This document shows positions 34,204 to 45,068 of a DNA stretch of 51,564 nt, piece by piece. The number at the start of each line of letters is the position of its first letter. Positions within the stretch are counted from its first letter, which is position 1. The DNA comes from Synechococcus sp. (GTDB lineage: Bacteria > Cyanobacteriota > Cyanobacteriia > Thermostichales > PCC-7336). The position numbers and the translations under genes are program-made. Under the pieces are notes generated by a model. The model did no database searches. It was not told the origin of the DNA and worked only from the letters and a program-made list of their open reading frames with translations. The stretch covers positions 1 through 51,564 of the forward strand of contig JBFRWD010000182.1 in the NCBI GenBank assembly GCA_051439425.1, read 5' to 3'.

Positions 34204-34464
34204 ATGACCGCAACCAACTCCAATCCCAAGCTAGAGCGCTACTTCGAGTTGATCGATCGCCTGTTGCAGTGTCCCAATGGCAGCGAGCCAGAGGTCTTGG
34301 ATGCTTCCCCCGAACTCCTGGATGCCGGGTTAGTGCAGGCGCTAGTACAAGCAGCCTCATACTTTGCCCATCAGGACAACTCTGAAGCGGCGCAGTTTTT
34401 GACATTTATCGCGAAAGAACTGGCTCGCCAGCTCGGTCTGTATCCGCAACCGGAAGGAGCTTAG
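34204..34464 (+). CDS. Conserved small hypothetical protein
   Basis: Y..LID.LLQCPNG.EPEVL....ELLDAGLV..L..A..FL..IA..LA..LG pattern; AGGAG RBS. Confidence 0.72.
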   Translation: MTATNSNPKLERYFELIDRLLQCPNGSEPEVLDASPELLDAGLVQALVQAASYFAHQDNSEAAQFLTFIAKELARQLGLYPQPEGA

Positions 34465-34466
34465 TC

Positions 34467-35309
34467 ATGACACGACGTCAGCGGCGTCAGTGGCAAAGAC
34501 GCCAGTTTTGTATGGGGATTGCGGGCGCAGTGATAGCGTCCGTTCTCGTATTGGGGCTGGACGTTTCACCAATACCTACCACTGCAGATGTGGCCTCAGC
34601 ACGAACCACCACGATTACCGTGTCTGCTGCCGCTAGTTTGCAAAATGCGTTAGAGGCGATCGCTCCAGAATTTCAAACCCTCCATGCGGACATAGCCGTC
34701 AATTTCAACTTTGCTTCGTCCGGGGCGTTGCAGCGCCAGCTCGAACAGGGGGCACCTGCTGACGTATTTTTCTCAGCTTCTCCGGTCCAAATGGATGCCT
34801 TGGAAGCGCAAGGCACCATCGTCCCTAAGTCACGCCAGGATTTACTGTCGAACAGCATTGTCTTGATTGCCCCCAAGACATCGACCCTGGAAATTTCCCA
34901 TCTATCTCAATTGGCCGACGTCTCCGTTACTCGCTTTGCCGTCGGGGACTTCCGCAGCGTTCCGGCCGGACAATATGCCGAACAGGTTCTGGCGCAATTT
35001 GAACTGTTGGAAGTCTTGCAACCCGCGTTCGTGTTTGGAAATACCGTGCGCAACAGCCTCGCTGCGGTGGCTAGCGGTAACGCCGATCTGGGTATGGTCT
35101 ACGCCACCGATGCGGCTCTGTCCGATGGGGTGAAGGTGTTGACTACAGCTCCCTCAGGCTCTCACGAACCGATCGCTTATCCGATCGCCGCCATCGAGGA
35201 CAGCCCGAATCCAGATGCGGCCCAAGCATTCATTGACTTTCTGGCCACCGATCCCGCCCAGGCAATCTTCGCTGAGTTTGGCTTCGACCCGATCTCGGTA
35301 GCTGAGTAA
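34467..35309 (+). CDS. modA: Molybdate ABC transporter substrate-binding protein
   Basis: VSAAASL..NFASSGALQRQ.EQGAPADVFFSA..VPAGQYA..VYATDA..PIAYP. Confidence 0.94.
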   Translation: MTRRQRRQWQRRQFCMGIAGAVIASVLVLGLDVSPIPTTADVASARTTTITVSAAASLQNALEAIAPEFQTLHADIAVNFNFASSGALQRQLEQGAPADVFFSASPVQMDALEAQGTIVPKSRQDLLSNSIVLIAPKTSTLEISHLSQLADVSVTRFAVGDFRSVPAGQYAEQVLAQFELLEVLQPAFVFGNTVRNSLAAVASGNADLGMVYATDAALSDGVKVLTTAPSGSHEPIAYPIAAIEDSPNPDAAQAFIDFLATDPAQAIFAEFGFDPISVAE

Positions 35310-35378
35310 GGCTCACCCCATCTGACTGATTCCAGACCTCTTCTGCACTGACCGACGCACGCCCCTTGCGAGGCCACC

Positions 35379-37340
35379 ATGATCGATCTATCGCCCCTCT
35401 GGATCTCACTACGGATTGCGACTGTTGCAACCGCCATCACCTTCGTTCTCGGGATCGCCGCTGCCTACGGTATGCATTGCTATCGGGGCCGCTGGCGATC
35501 GCTGCTCGATGGCCTATTTTTAGCTCCCATGGTGCTCCCCCCAACGGTGCTGGGGTTCTTACTCTTGATGCTGCTTGGCCAGAACGGCCCTATTGGTGCT
35601 TTGTTGCGCAGCACAGGAATCAATCTGGTATTCACGTGGTATGCCGCAGTGGTGGCCACCACGGTGGTGGCTTTTCCCCTGATGTACAAAACCGTGTTGG
35701 GGGCGCTGAAGCAAATTGACGGGAGCTTGTTGCAGGCGGCTCGCACTCTAGGGGCCTCAGAACTTCGAGTGTTTTGGCACATCATCTTGCCCCTGGCTAG
35801 CCCCGGTATTCTGGCCGGCACCACTCTTGCCTTTGCCCGCGCCTTGGGGGAATTTGGAGCCACTCTGATGCTGGCGGGTAATATTCCCGGCAAAACTCAG
35901 ACGATTCCGATGGCTATATATTTCGCCGTCGAAGCTGGAGCCTTTGGCGAAGCAACCACTTGGACCGGAATCATTCTGGCGATCGCTCTGGGGGGATTGT
36001 TCCTAGCAAATACTTGGCAAAAGCGCAGCCGTTCGCCTAGGAGAAAGTATCGGCAACACCAAGCTGCCAAGGGAGGAGACCAAGCATTGCCGATCGCCCT
36101 CGCTTCTCAACCATCCACAACCCAGCCGGTTTCTCTCTCGGTTACCCTCGTAAAACATCTGCCTGGTTTTAGCCTGAACGTCTCTTTCTCGACGGACAAC
36201 CAACCACTCGGGCTGCTAGGTGCTTCTGGTGCGGGTAAAAGTCTAATTCTGCGCTGTATTGCCGGAATGGAAACTCCCGATGAGGGGCGTATTGTATTGA
36301 ACGGTCGAGTGCTGTTTGATTCGACGTTAGGAATCAATGTTCCCAGTCGCGATCGCCGGGTTGGGGTCGTTTTCCAAAATTACGCCCTTTTTCCCCATCT
36401 GACTGTCGTGGACAACATTGCCTTCGGATTGCCCAAGTCGTTGTCAGGCCCACAGCGGCGGCAGATTGCCGAACAACAACTGGCTGCAGTGCAGTTGCAA
36501 GGAATGGGCGATCGCTTCCCTGCTGCACTATCCGGAGGGCAGCAACAGCGAGTGGCAATGGCCCGAGCGTTATCCAGCCAGCCCGAAGTGCTGTTGTTAG
36601 ACGAGCCCTTCTCCGCCCTCGACACCCATCTGCGCTACAGGATGGAACGGGAGTTGAAGCTACGGCTGGAACGATTCTCCGGGATCGCAATTGTTGTCAC
36701 CCATAACATCGAAGAGGCCTATCGGATTTGCCACAAGCTACTGGTGATGGAGGGGGGGCAGATTGGCATCCACGATTCAAAATTTGCCGTACTCGATCGC
36801 CCTCAAACCGTCAGTGCTGCGCGGCTAACGGGGTGCAAAAACATTTCTCGTGCCATCGCCGTTGATTCAGCTACTGTGCACGCTCTGGATTGGAACTGCT
36901 TGGTGAGTGTCACCGAGCCCATCCCTCAAAACCTGACCCATATCGGCATTCGTGCCCATCAGATTGGATTCTTGGAGGCGATCGGTCAGAGAGAAGCTAT
37001 GTCTTTGTGCCAATCAGAGTCGCTCAACCCTCTGACTGCAGAGCAAACAAACAATGAAAGGCTAAGCTCACAACAGTCCCAAGCAACTCAGATTCAGAAC
37101 AAACACAGGCCTGTAGTGGCATCTGTGTCTAACACCTTTCCCTGCTGGCTAGCCGCAATCAGTGAAACTCCTCACCGCAAAACCCTCTATCTCAAACTCA
37201 ATTCCCCGCCCACTCACAGTGAGGACTACCAGCTCCAAGCAGAAGTTTTCCGAGATAAAGGAGACTTGCTGATTGGCATGCCATTGCCTTGGACGCTGGT
37301 TCTCGATCCCCGCAGACTGATGATGCTGAGTGAACTCTAG
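35379..37340 (+). CDS. modB: Fused molybdate ABC transporter permease/ATPase (ModB-ModC)
   Basis: Permease motifs PMVLPPTVLGF and FARALGEFGATLM; ATPase motifs GASGAGKS, LSGGQQQRVA, LLLDEPFSALD in one ORF. Confidence 0.93.
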   Translation: MIDLSPLWISLRIATVATAITFVLGIAAAYGMHCYRGRWRSLLDGLFLAPMVLPPTVLGFLLLMLLGQNGPIGALLRSTGINLVFTWYAAVVATTVVAFPLMYKTVLGALKQIDGSLLQAARTLGASELRVFWHIILPLASPGILAGTTLAFARALGEFGATLMLAGNIPGKTQTIPMAIYFAVEAGAFGEATTWTGIILAIALGGLFLANTWQKRSRSPRRKYRQHQAAKGGDQALPIALASQPSTTQPVSLSVTLVKHLPGFSLNVSFSTDNQPLGLLGASGAGKSLILRCIAGMETPDEGRIVLNGRVLFDSTLGINVPSRDRRVGVVFQNYALFPHLTVVDNIAFGLPKSLSGPQRRQIAEQQLAAVQLQGMGDRFPAALSGGQQQRVAMARALSSQPEVLLLDEPFSALDTHLRYRMERELKLRLERFSGIAIVVTHNIEEAYRICHKLLVMEGGQIGIHDSKFAVLDRPQTVSAARLTGCKNISRAIAVDSATVHALDWNCLVSVTEPIPQNLTHIGIRAHQIGFLEAIGQREAMSLCQSESLNPLTAEQTNNERLSSQQSQATQIQNKHRPVVASVSNTFPCWLAAISETPHRKTLYLKLNSPPTHSEDYQLQAEVFRDKGDLLIGMPLPWTLVLDPRRLMMLSEL

Positions 37341-37709
37341 GGGGAGGGCTCCGTCAACCATGTGAATCTGTCAACAGCGGACTTTGTCGAAGCGTAAATC
37401 CCTGTCTCACCCGTCAGCATGGAAATATCTATTAGCAGCCCACGGATCCGGACATAGAGCCAGACTTCGTAACTGATGACTACGTCTACAAATCTGCAGT
37501 GAAAGGTATGGAGATTGCCGACTTATCCCCATCTTTTCCCAGATGACCGGCCTGGATTTCGTAACAATTCCTATCAATAGTTTTCGTTCCGTACAACCCT
37601 TTATCTGCAAGGAAATTCTCAGTGAAAAGACATGATTTCAATATACTTTTGCCTGCATATCTTTCGGTCTTTTCGATAGAATAATATCATCGAATTCAAG
37701 GGAGTTATC

Positions 37710-37952
37710 ATGTACTTGACGAAAGAACAAAACAACCTAGAGATAACTCAGCCAAGGATAGATATAAGCTGTAATAGCTGCATATGCTGGAAACGCAGGT
37801 TAATCAGCTCTAATAGTGTTTGTAGTCATCTTGAAGGTGTTTGCACCAATCTTGACTTTTGGGCAAAAGCGGGATTCTCAACTCATGGTGTCATAACCCT
37901 TGAGCACTATTCTTGCCCTTATGGAAAAGAACGTAAGAGCATACCCGCTTAA
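37710..37952 (+). CDS. Possible small Cys-rich protein
   Basis: 80-aa ATG ORF with GGGAG RBS; CNSCICW..CSH...VC..CPY. Confidence 0.4.
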   Translation: MYLTKEQNNLEITQPRIDISCNSCICWKRRLISSNSVCSHLEGVCTNLDFWAKAGFSTHGVITLEHYSCPYGKERKSIPA

Positions 37953-38116
37953 TTCGAATGAGGTGATTAGACGGCTATTCAAGCTGCTGTGCGCCGAGGC
38001 GGACAAACAAATATGTCCATAACTGGTTGCGCTTTCGTGAACTTATCAACACGTTGTGTTGCCGCGCCAAAAGGAAGCTTGCTCTTGGATGTGGAGCTTT
38101 TTGCCAAGTTCGACGA

Positions 38117-38221
38117 TATTGCTGTTGGCAATCAGCGAAGGAAAGTTCTTGAAGTATTTTCTCTAGCCAATTAAGGCTTTGAGCTGTCTTTTTACTCCAG
38201 GCTTTACAGCGAACTACCATA
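38117..38221 (+). repeat. 105-bp MITE-like dispersed repeat, degenerate copy C (followed by another left-end fragment at ~38220-38250)
   Basis: TATTGCTGTTGGCAATCAGCGAAGGAAAGTT...CTCCAGGCTTTACAGCGAACTACCATA aligns without gaps to copies A and B. Confidence 0.7.
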
Positions 38222-38358
38222 TGACGAGCGGTAATCTGCTATGGAGTGTGAAATCTCCATCGTCACTACAAATTGATGTTTAGATGGATCTCCTTCCCAG
38301 GTCTGTTTCGTTCTAATTGGCCATAGTCTACGCTTCTACCAGAATAGGCGGCTGCAGG

Positions 38359-38388
38359 TCTCCAGAAAAGGTTTCTGGAGATGTTTTT
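38359..38388 (+). terminator. Putative intrinsic terminator
   Basis: TCTCCAGAAA-AGG-TTTCTGGAGA hairpin followed by TGTTTTT, in the convergent gap between the nif/mod arm and the acyl-CoA synthetase gene. Confidence 0.6.
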
Positions 38389-38524
38389 CTCCCGCAGAAC
38401 GGGATGATAAAACTAAGAATGAAACACCTCTGGCTCCACACCCCAAGTATTACAACGGATTGTTGTATTGAACAACTTCCCTTGTTTGGCTGACCATATC
38501 GTTCGCCCTAGTTCAGATGGGTAA

Positions 38525-41287
38525 TCACTCCAAATCTATATAGACATTTACCTCTTCTAAGGATCGCTCGATGGTAAATCCGAGCGTGTTGCAAATGTAC
38601 TGCATGCAATGGTTGGCTGGCAGTAAAGTGGCGGAAATGCGCGAGATGCCCTCGCTACGGCCAATATTCAATAGCGACTTGAGAAATTCCGTCCCCAACC
38701 CCTGGCCTTGATAAGCATCGGCAATCAGCATGCCAAACTCCGCTTCGTTGCGATCGTGGAGCTGGCTCAGGCGAGCAACTCCCAAAATGGAGCGATCTCC
38801 TGTCTCCGGATCGACATGCTCGGCAACAAGGGCCATTTCACGATCGTAGTCAATAAAACAGATGCGGGTCAGGCGTTCGTGAGCAACTCTGGCTTGCAAC
38901 TTAATCATGTGGAAATAGCGAAAATAGACGCTCTCCTCAGAAATGGTGTGATGAAACGAGACGATCGATGGCTCATCCTCCGGACCAATCGGCCGAATGA
39001 TGGTGGCCATACCGTTCTTCATCGTCCATGGCTTGATGTAATGGCTGGGATAGGGACGAATTGCCGGTTTCGGCAGCTGTTCGATTTCCAGTTCCGGATC
39101 GTGTAGCACCACTCGTGCATCTAAGGCCAACAGGCGATCGGCAGAAGCCAGTAGGGGGTTGATTTCAATGTCCTTAATTTCTGGGTATTGCAATACCAGC
39201 TGACTGAACTGCACCAGCAATCGCTCGATCGCTCCCAGGTCCACCCCTGCCTGACCACGAACCCCCTTGAGAGCACCATAAACTCGCGTTTTCTCCATCA
39301 AGCGCCGCGCCAGCGTGGTGTTAAGAGGGGGGAGTCCTAAGGCCAGATCGCGATAAACCTCTACTAGCTGCCCACCGTTTCCGAATAACAGTACCGGGCC
39401 AAACTGGGCATCGACACTGCTGCCGACAATCAGTTCGTATCCCTGCAGGTTCACCATCGGCTGCACGGTGACCCCTAAACAATCTCCAGAGCCCCCAATC
39501 GAGGAAATAGTCTCGAATGCCGAACGCACAGCCGCTTCGTCACGTAGATCGAGCTTGACTCCCCCAACATCGGTCTTGTGGGTAATCGTGTGGGAATGGA
39601 GCTTGAGCACAACGGGATATCCGATATCCTCGGCGATTTCGACTGCCTCATCGGCAGTGTTCGCCAATCGAGTGGTAATCGTCGGAATACCGTATGCGTC
39701 CAATAATTGCTTGGATTCCCATTCACTCAGCAACGTACGTTTCTGAGCCCTAGCGTTGGCGAGCAAGTTGGCGATCGTGTTGAGTGCCCTGGAGGGCGGG
39801 ATCGTTAAGCGTGGAGTTTCGTAGAGTGCGCGCAGATTATCGCTGTATTTCGCCATCAGCGTAAACACTCGGGCCGCCGCATCCGGATAGGGGAGGGTAA
39901 AGATACCACTTTGATTGAGGCACGTTGCCCCCGGCAACACAGTATCTCCACCCATCCAACTGGCCAGCAGGGGTTTATTCTGCCACTGCTGAGCTTGTGC
40001 CTGCAGAACCTCGGCTGTGGCTTTGGGATTGCTCATTGCCTGGGGAGTGAGAATCACCAGTAGTCCATCGCTATCCGGATCGTCTGCCAACACTTCAAGC
40101 GTTTGTCCGTAGCGCTCTGGGGTTGCATCTCCCAAAATATCGATGGGATTTTGGCGGCTCCAATGGGTGGGTAGCAGGGCATCTAATTTGTCTACAGTTT
40201 CAGACCGAACGCCTGCCAGTTGCCCGCCGCTGCGGACCAGGGCATCGGTTGCCAGCACCCCAGGTCCTCCCGCATTCGTCAAAATGGTCAACCGTTTGCC
40301 ACGCGGGCGCGGCTGTTTACTAAGAACCGCCGATAGATTGAACAGCTCATCAATCGTATTGACTCGCAACACACCACAGCGCCCAAATGCGGCATCCAAC
40401 ACCTCGTCACTTCCAGAAAGTGCTCCGGTATGGGAGGCCGCCGCCTGTGCCGCCACCTCAGTTCGCCCCGACTTAATCACAACGATGGGTTTACTGAGGG
40501 CCACCTCTCTGGCCGCTGACAGGAACGATCGCGCATCGCCGATTGATTCCATATAAATCACGATGCTGTGGGTGGACGGATCGTCCCCGAGGTAGTCGAT
40601 CAAATCGCCCCAGTCCACATCCAACATGCTGCCAATCGAAATAAAAGCGCTAAACCCAACGTTCTCCTTCAAGCTCCAATCAAGAATTGACGTACAAAGG
40701 GCACCGCTTTGGCTGATAAATCCAACATTTCCTGCCCGAGCTGTCGCCCCTGCAAACGTTGCATTGAGACCGCTAACCGGGCACATCACCCCCAGACAGT
40801 TCGGACCAATAATTCGCACCCGATGGCGACGAGCCGCCGCCAGAATCGCTCGTTCTAGAGCGACCCCTTCCTCTCCCGTTTCTCGAAAACCAGCCGAGAG
40901 AATGATGACCCCTTTCACGCCTGCAGCACCGCACTGCTCGATCGCCTGCGGAACCTTTGCAGCGGGGATCGCAATTACCGCCAAATCTACGGGTTCGGGA
41001 ACATCGCTAATGGAGGGATAAGCCTTGACCCCCAAGACATTAATTCGGGTTGGGTGGACGGGAAACACCGTGCCACCGAAGGGACTGCTAATCAAATTCC
41101 ACAGGAGGGTGCGACCGACACTGCCCGGACGCTCGGTAGCTCCAATAACAGCAACCGTTTTAGGGCGAAAGAACGGGGTTAGAGGCTGTCGGTAGTAGCG
41201 ATGAATATCGTGGGCTGGTTCAGGATAACTGGGGCGATCTCCGAGTGAATTCGCCTGTGCAAGGGTTTGATTCGTATCGGTCGTCAT
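38525..41287 (-). CDS. Bifunctional acetate-CoA ligase (NDP-forming) family / GNAT acetyltransferase (Pat-like)
   Basis: CoA-binding (AVIGAT..GPNCLG), [17 protein letters not shown]-grasp ([26 protein letters not shown]), C-terminal GNAT ([18 protein letters not shown]). Confidence 0.92.
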   Translation of the reverse strand: MTTDTNQTLAQANSLGDRPSYPEPAHDIHRYYRQPLTPFFRPKTVAVIGATERPGSVGRTLLWNLISSPFGGTVFPVHPTRINVLGVKAYPSISDVPEPVDLAVIAIPAAKVPQAIEQCGAAGVKGVIILSAGFRETGEEGVALERAILAAARRHRVRIIGPNCLGVMCPVSGLNATFAGATARAGNVGFISQSGALCTSILDWSLKENVGFSAFISIGSMLDVDWGDLIDYLGDDPSTHSIVIYMESIGDARSFLSAAREVALSKPIVVIKSGRTEVAAQAAASHTGALSGSDEVLDAAFGRCGVLRVNTIDELFNLSAVLSKQPRPRGKRLTILTNAGGPGVLATDALVRSGGQLAGVRSETVDKLDALLPTHWSRQNPIDILGDATPERYGQTLEVLADDPDSDGLLVILTPQAMSNPKATAEVLQAQAQQWQNKPLLASWMGGDTVLPGATCLNQSGIFTLPYPDAAARVFTLMAKYSDNLRALYETPRLTIPPSRALNTIANLLANARAQKRTLLSEWESKQLLDAYGIPTITTRLANTADEAVEIAEDIGYPVVLKLHSHTITHKTDVGGVKLDLRDEAAVRSAFETISSIGGSGDCLGVTVQPMVNLQGYELIVGSSVDAQFGPVLLFGNGGQLVEVYRDLALGLPPLNTTLARRLMEKTRVYGALKGVRGQAGVDLGAIERLLVQFSQLVLQYPEIKDIEINPLLASADRLLALDARVVLHDPELEIEQLPKPAIRPYPSHYIKPWTMKNGMATIIRPIGPEDEPSIVSFHHTISEESVYFRYFHMIKLQARVAHERLTRICFIDYDREMALVAEHVDPETGDRSILGVARLSQLHDRNEAEFGMLIADAYQGQGLGTEFLKSLLNIGRSEGISRISATLLPANHCMQYICNTLGFTIERSLEEVNVYIDLE

Positions 41288-41935
41288 AAGAATACACACA
41301 CCACGTAGCAAAAGTTTTGGTAGACACAGCCCTAAATGGCTTATTGACTTAATCGCGTTTGTTGCTAGCGTGCCGTCTTATTGTGATGGGCACTCTGCTA
41401 CTACAAAAATCGTGATCGTTTTATCGAACAATGGATGTCTAAGACAACACTTTGATGCTAAACATTAGATTCATTTAACAATGCTTGATATATTCAGCAA
41501 AACTAGAAACACAATACTTCTGTAGCGCTTTGCATGTAATCGACCGTGATTTAGGAAACATCGAAGTTGTTTATTAACTAAATCAATAACTTATTACTTT
41601 TCACCCATTCTTTTCCGCTTTCGCGTATCACAGATAGCGTTGCTAATTTCGAGATCGTGTATCGTAGAGGTGTAGGTAAAACTACTGGAGTATGTCTGCT
41701 TAAGCCCTGTCAGGACTAGATAACACGTTCAATATGTGAGGGATACATATTCGGACAAATATAGAGCTAACTGTCCACTTTTATCTCGATGTGAAGTGAG
41801 GCTGTTATTTTGGAAGATTTTTAGCAGTAGCTCCGAATAATTCACAGTGGTTCGTCTATTGCTGTTACTCGCTTTCTATGTTGGCCCGATTCATTCGCGG
41901 TCAACCATGCAATGTATTTTTTGAGGATGTCCACC

Positions 41936-44179
41936 ATGAGCAGCACCAGCCAGATTCAGCAGTTGAAACCGTTTAATCCTGGAACTTGGACAGAGAAAAT
42001 CGATCTGCGAGATTTCATTCAAAAAAACTACTCTCCCTATGAGGGGACGCCAGCGTTTCTGGCAGGGGTTAGCGATCGTACTCAACTGCTGTGGGACAAA
42101 GTCAAGTTGTTGATGCAGGTGGAGCGAGAACAAGGAATCTTGGATGTTGATGACCGGCTTCCTACCGGTATTACTGCTCATCCCCCCGGCTATATCGCCC
42201 AAGAAGCCGAACAGGTGGTCGGTCTGCAAACCGATAAACCTCTGAAAAGAGCCATCATGCCATTCGGTGGCATCCGAGTGGTTAAGAAGTCTCTAGAATC
42301 CTACGGTTACCAACTGGATCCCGGCACTCTCGAAACATTCACCAAGTACCGCAAAACTCATAACGACGGTGTGTTTGACGCCTATACCGAGGAGATGCGG
42401 AAGGCAAGACACTCGGGAATCATTACCGGACTCCCCGATGCCTACGGACGCGGACGAATTATTGGAGACTATCGGCGCGTTGCCCTTTACGGCATCGATC
42501 GCTTGGTGCTCGATAAGCAACAACAACTGGAGTCCTTAACTCCTGAGGCGTTGGACGAGCCGGTAATTCGCCAGCGTGAGGAGATCTCCGAGCAAATCCG
42601 GGCGCTGAAAGAATTGAAGCAAATGGCCGCAGCCTACGGATTCGATATTGGCCAGCCTGCAGAAACGGCCAAAGAAGCAGTGCAGTGGACCTATTTTGGA
42701 TACTTGGGGGCCATCAAAGAGCAGAACGGAGCTGCGATGTCCCTAGGACGAGTGTCCACATTCCTGGACATTTACATTCAGCGGGATCTGGATGCCGGCC
42801 TCATCACGGAAGCTGAAGCTCAAGAGCTGATCGATCAATTTGTCATGAAGCTGCGCATGGTACGCTTCCTGCGCACGCCGGAATACAACCAACTATTTTC
42901 GGGAGACCCGGTATGGGTCACTGAATCTATTGGCGGTATGGGATTGGATGGTCGGCCATTGGTCACCAAATCCAGCTTCCGATTCCTGCAAACTCTTTAC
43001 AATCTGGGGCCAGCCCCCGAGCCCAACCTAACCGTGTTGTGGTCGGAGCAACTCCCGCAGCCCTTCAAGACCTTCTGCGCCAAGGTGTCTAAAGACACGA
43101 GCTCCATCCAGTACGAAAACGACGATTTGATGCGCTCGGAATATGGCGATGATTACGGTATCGCCTGTTGTGTCTCGGCTATGGCTATTGGCAAACAGAT
43201 GCAATTTTTCGGGGCGCGGGTCAATCTAGCGAAGACGCTCCTGTATGCCATCAACGGCGGCAAGGACGAAAAGTCAGGGGAACAAATTGGTCCGGTCTGT
43301 CCACCCGTGACGGCAGACGTGTTGGATTACGACGAGGTAATGGCGAAGTTTGATGTGCTGATGGCTTGGCTGGCCAAGCTGTATGTCAATACTCTGAACG
43401 TCATCCACTACATGCATGATAAATATTGCTACGAGCGCCTGGAGATGGCCCTCCACGATCCCGATATTTATCGCACAATGGCCTGCGGAATTGCTGGGTT
43501 ATCAGTGGTCGCGGATTCTCTGTCAGCAATCCGCCATGCTCGTGTCAACGTTATTCGTAACGATGACGGACTCGCAGTGGACTACGAAGTCGAGGGCGAC
43601 TATCCAGCGTTTGGCAATAACGACGAGCGGGTGGATGCCATTGCCACCGATGTGTTGCGCCGGTTTATGGACCACATTCGCCAACATAAAACCTACCGCA
43701 ATGCCGTTCCCACTCAGTCCATCCTGACGATTACCTCTAACGTTGTCTACGGCAAGAAAACCGGTGCAACTCCAGATGGCCGCAAGGCCGGTGAGCCTTT
43801 TGCTCCTGGGGCCAATCCCATGCATGGTCGCGACACGAAAGGTGCGATCGCCTCTTGCGAGTCTGTTGCTCAATTACCCTACGAACACGCTCAGGATGGT
43901 ATTTCCTACACCTTCTCGATCGTGCCTCAAGCGCTTGGGACGACGGAAACCGATCGCGATAACAACCTGGTGGGATTGCTGGATGGCTATTTCCACAACA
44001 CTGGCCAGCACATCAATGTGAACGTGCTCAACCGGGAAACTCTGCTAGACGCCATGGAACATCCCGAAAACTATCCGCAATTAACCATCCGGGTATCGGG
44101 ATATGCCGTTAACTTCATCAAGCTGACGCGCGAGCAGCAAATGGATGTCGTGAACCGCACGTTCCACAGTCGCTTCTGA
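41936..44179 (+). CDS. pflB: Pyruvate formate-lyase (formate C-acetyltransferase)
   Basis: [33 protein letters not shown] active site, TIRVSGYAV glycyl radical motif. Confidence 0.97.
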   Translation: MSSTSQIQQLKPFNPGTWTEKIDLRDFIQKNYSPYEGTPAFLAGVSDRTQLLWDKVKLLMQVEREQGILDVDDRLPTGITAHPPGYIAQEAEQVVGLQTDKPLKRAIMPFGGIRVVKKSLESYGYQLDPGTLETFTKYRKTHNDGVFDAYTEEMRKARHSGIITGLPDAYGRGRIIGDYRRVALYGIDRLVLDKQQQLESLTPEALDEPVIRQREEISEQIRALKELKQMAAAYGFDIGQPAETAKEAVQWTYFGYLGAIKEQNGAAMSLGRVSTFLDIYIQRDLDAGLITEAEAQELIDQFVMKLRMVRFLRTPEYNQLFSGDPVWVTESIGGMGLDGRPLVTKSSFRFLQTLYNLGPAPEPNLTVLWSEQLPQPFKTFCAKVSKDTSSIQYENDDLMRSEYGDDYGIACCVSAMAIGKQMQFFGARVNLAKTLLYAINGGKDEKSGEQIGPVCPPVTADVLDYDEVMAKFDVLMAWLAKLYVNTLNVIHYMHDKYCYERLEMALHDPDIYRTMACGIAGLSVVADSLSAIRHARVNVIRNDDGLAVDYEVEGDYPAFGNNDERVDAIATDVLRRFMDHIRQHKTYRNAVPTQSILTITSNVVYGKKTGATPDGRKAGEPFAPGANPMHGRDTKGAIASCESVAQLPYEHAQDGISYTFSIVPQALGTTETDRDNNLVGLLDGYFHNTGQHINVNVLNRETLLDAMEHPENYPQLTIRVSGYAVNFIKLTREQQMDVVNRTFHSRF

Positions 44180-44254
44180 CAGTTGCTGACGCTAAAAGCT
44201 CATTCCCGATGGCTGTATCCCTTAACCTGTACTGGCCCTTAGCTTGCATAAACT

Positions 44255-45052
44255 ATGACAACTACGTTGCAGGTCACAAGTAAAGCCCTAGCGAAGGATC
44301 CTTCAACTCTTTCATCTTCAACTCTAAATACCACCGGTCGAATTCACTCCATCGAAACCTGCGGCACTGTCGATGGACCGGGTATTCGGTTCATCGTCTT
44401 TACCCAAGGCTGTCCGTTGCGCTGCCTCTACTGTCACAATCCCGACTGTCGCTCGGTGGAAGGGGGACGGCAGGTAACTGTTGCCGAATTGCGATCGGAA
44501 ATAGTGAAGTACCGTTCATATTTGATAGCTTCCGGTGGTGGAGTGACGGTGAGTGGAGGAGAGCCGCTGCTGCAGCCGCAGTTTGTCGCCGAGCTCATGC
44601 GTGCCTGCCATGCTGAGGGACTGCATACCGCGCTGGATACGTCTGGGTTTTCCAATTTAGATGCCGCGAAACAGGTTCTGGAACACACCGATTTGGTGTT
44701 GCTGGATATCAAATCCTTCCATCCCGATCTGTTTCGTCGCGTCACCAACGTGTCAATTGAGCCAACATTGCGCTTAGCCAAGCACCTCGATCGCATTCAC
44801 AAGCTGGCCTGGATCCGTTTTGTTTTAGTTCCCGGACTGACCGATAGTCCGAGTAACGTGGACGGCCTCGCACAGTTTGTTGCCGGGCTGTCGAACGTAC
44901 AGCGCATCGACATTCTACCGTTTCACCAAATGGGAGCTTACAAGTGGGAGCAGCTAGGTTACGACTATCTCTTGAAAGATGTTAAGCCTCCTAACGAGCA
45001 GCAAATTGAACAAGTGAAGACAATTTTCCGAAGCTACGACTTGAACGTTTAG
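44255..45052 (+). CDS. pflA: Pyruvate formate-lyase activating enzyme (radical SAM)
   Basis: GRIHSIETCGTVDGPGIRF..QGCPLRCLYCHNPD..SGGEPLLQ. Confidence 0.96.
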   Translation: MTTTLQVTSKALAKDPSTLSSSTLNTTGRIHSIETCGTVDGPGIRFIVFTQGCPLRCLYCHNPDCRSVEGGRQVTVAELRSEIVKYRSYLIASGGGVTVSGGEPLLQPQFVAELMRACHAEGLHTALDTSGFSNLDAAKQVLEHTDLVLLDIKSFHPDLFRRVTNVSIEPTLRLAKHLDRIHKLAWIRFVLVPGLTDSPSNVDGLAQFVAGLSNVQRIDILPFHQMGAYKWEQLGYDYLLKDVKPPNEQQIEQVKTIFRSYDLNV

Positions 45053-45068
45053 AAAAGGATTCAAACCA

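Noticed and set aside
35379..37340. ModB-ModC fusion as a novelty
   Set aside because: Fused modBC is well known in cyanobacteria
37975..38220. ORFs 37975-38220 (-) and 37989-38174 (+)
   Set aside because: They overlap degenerate repeat copy C and have no recognisable protein motif
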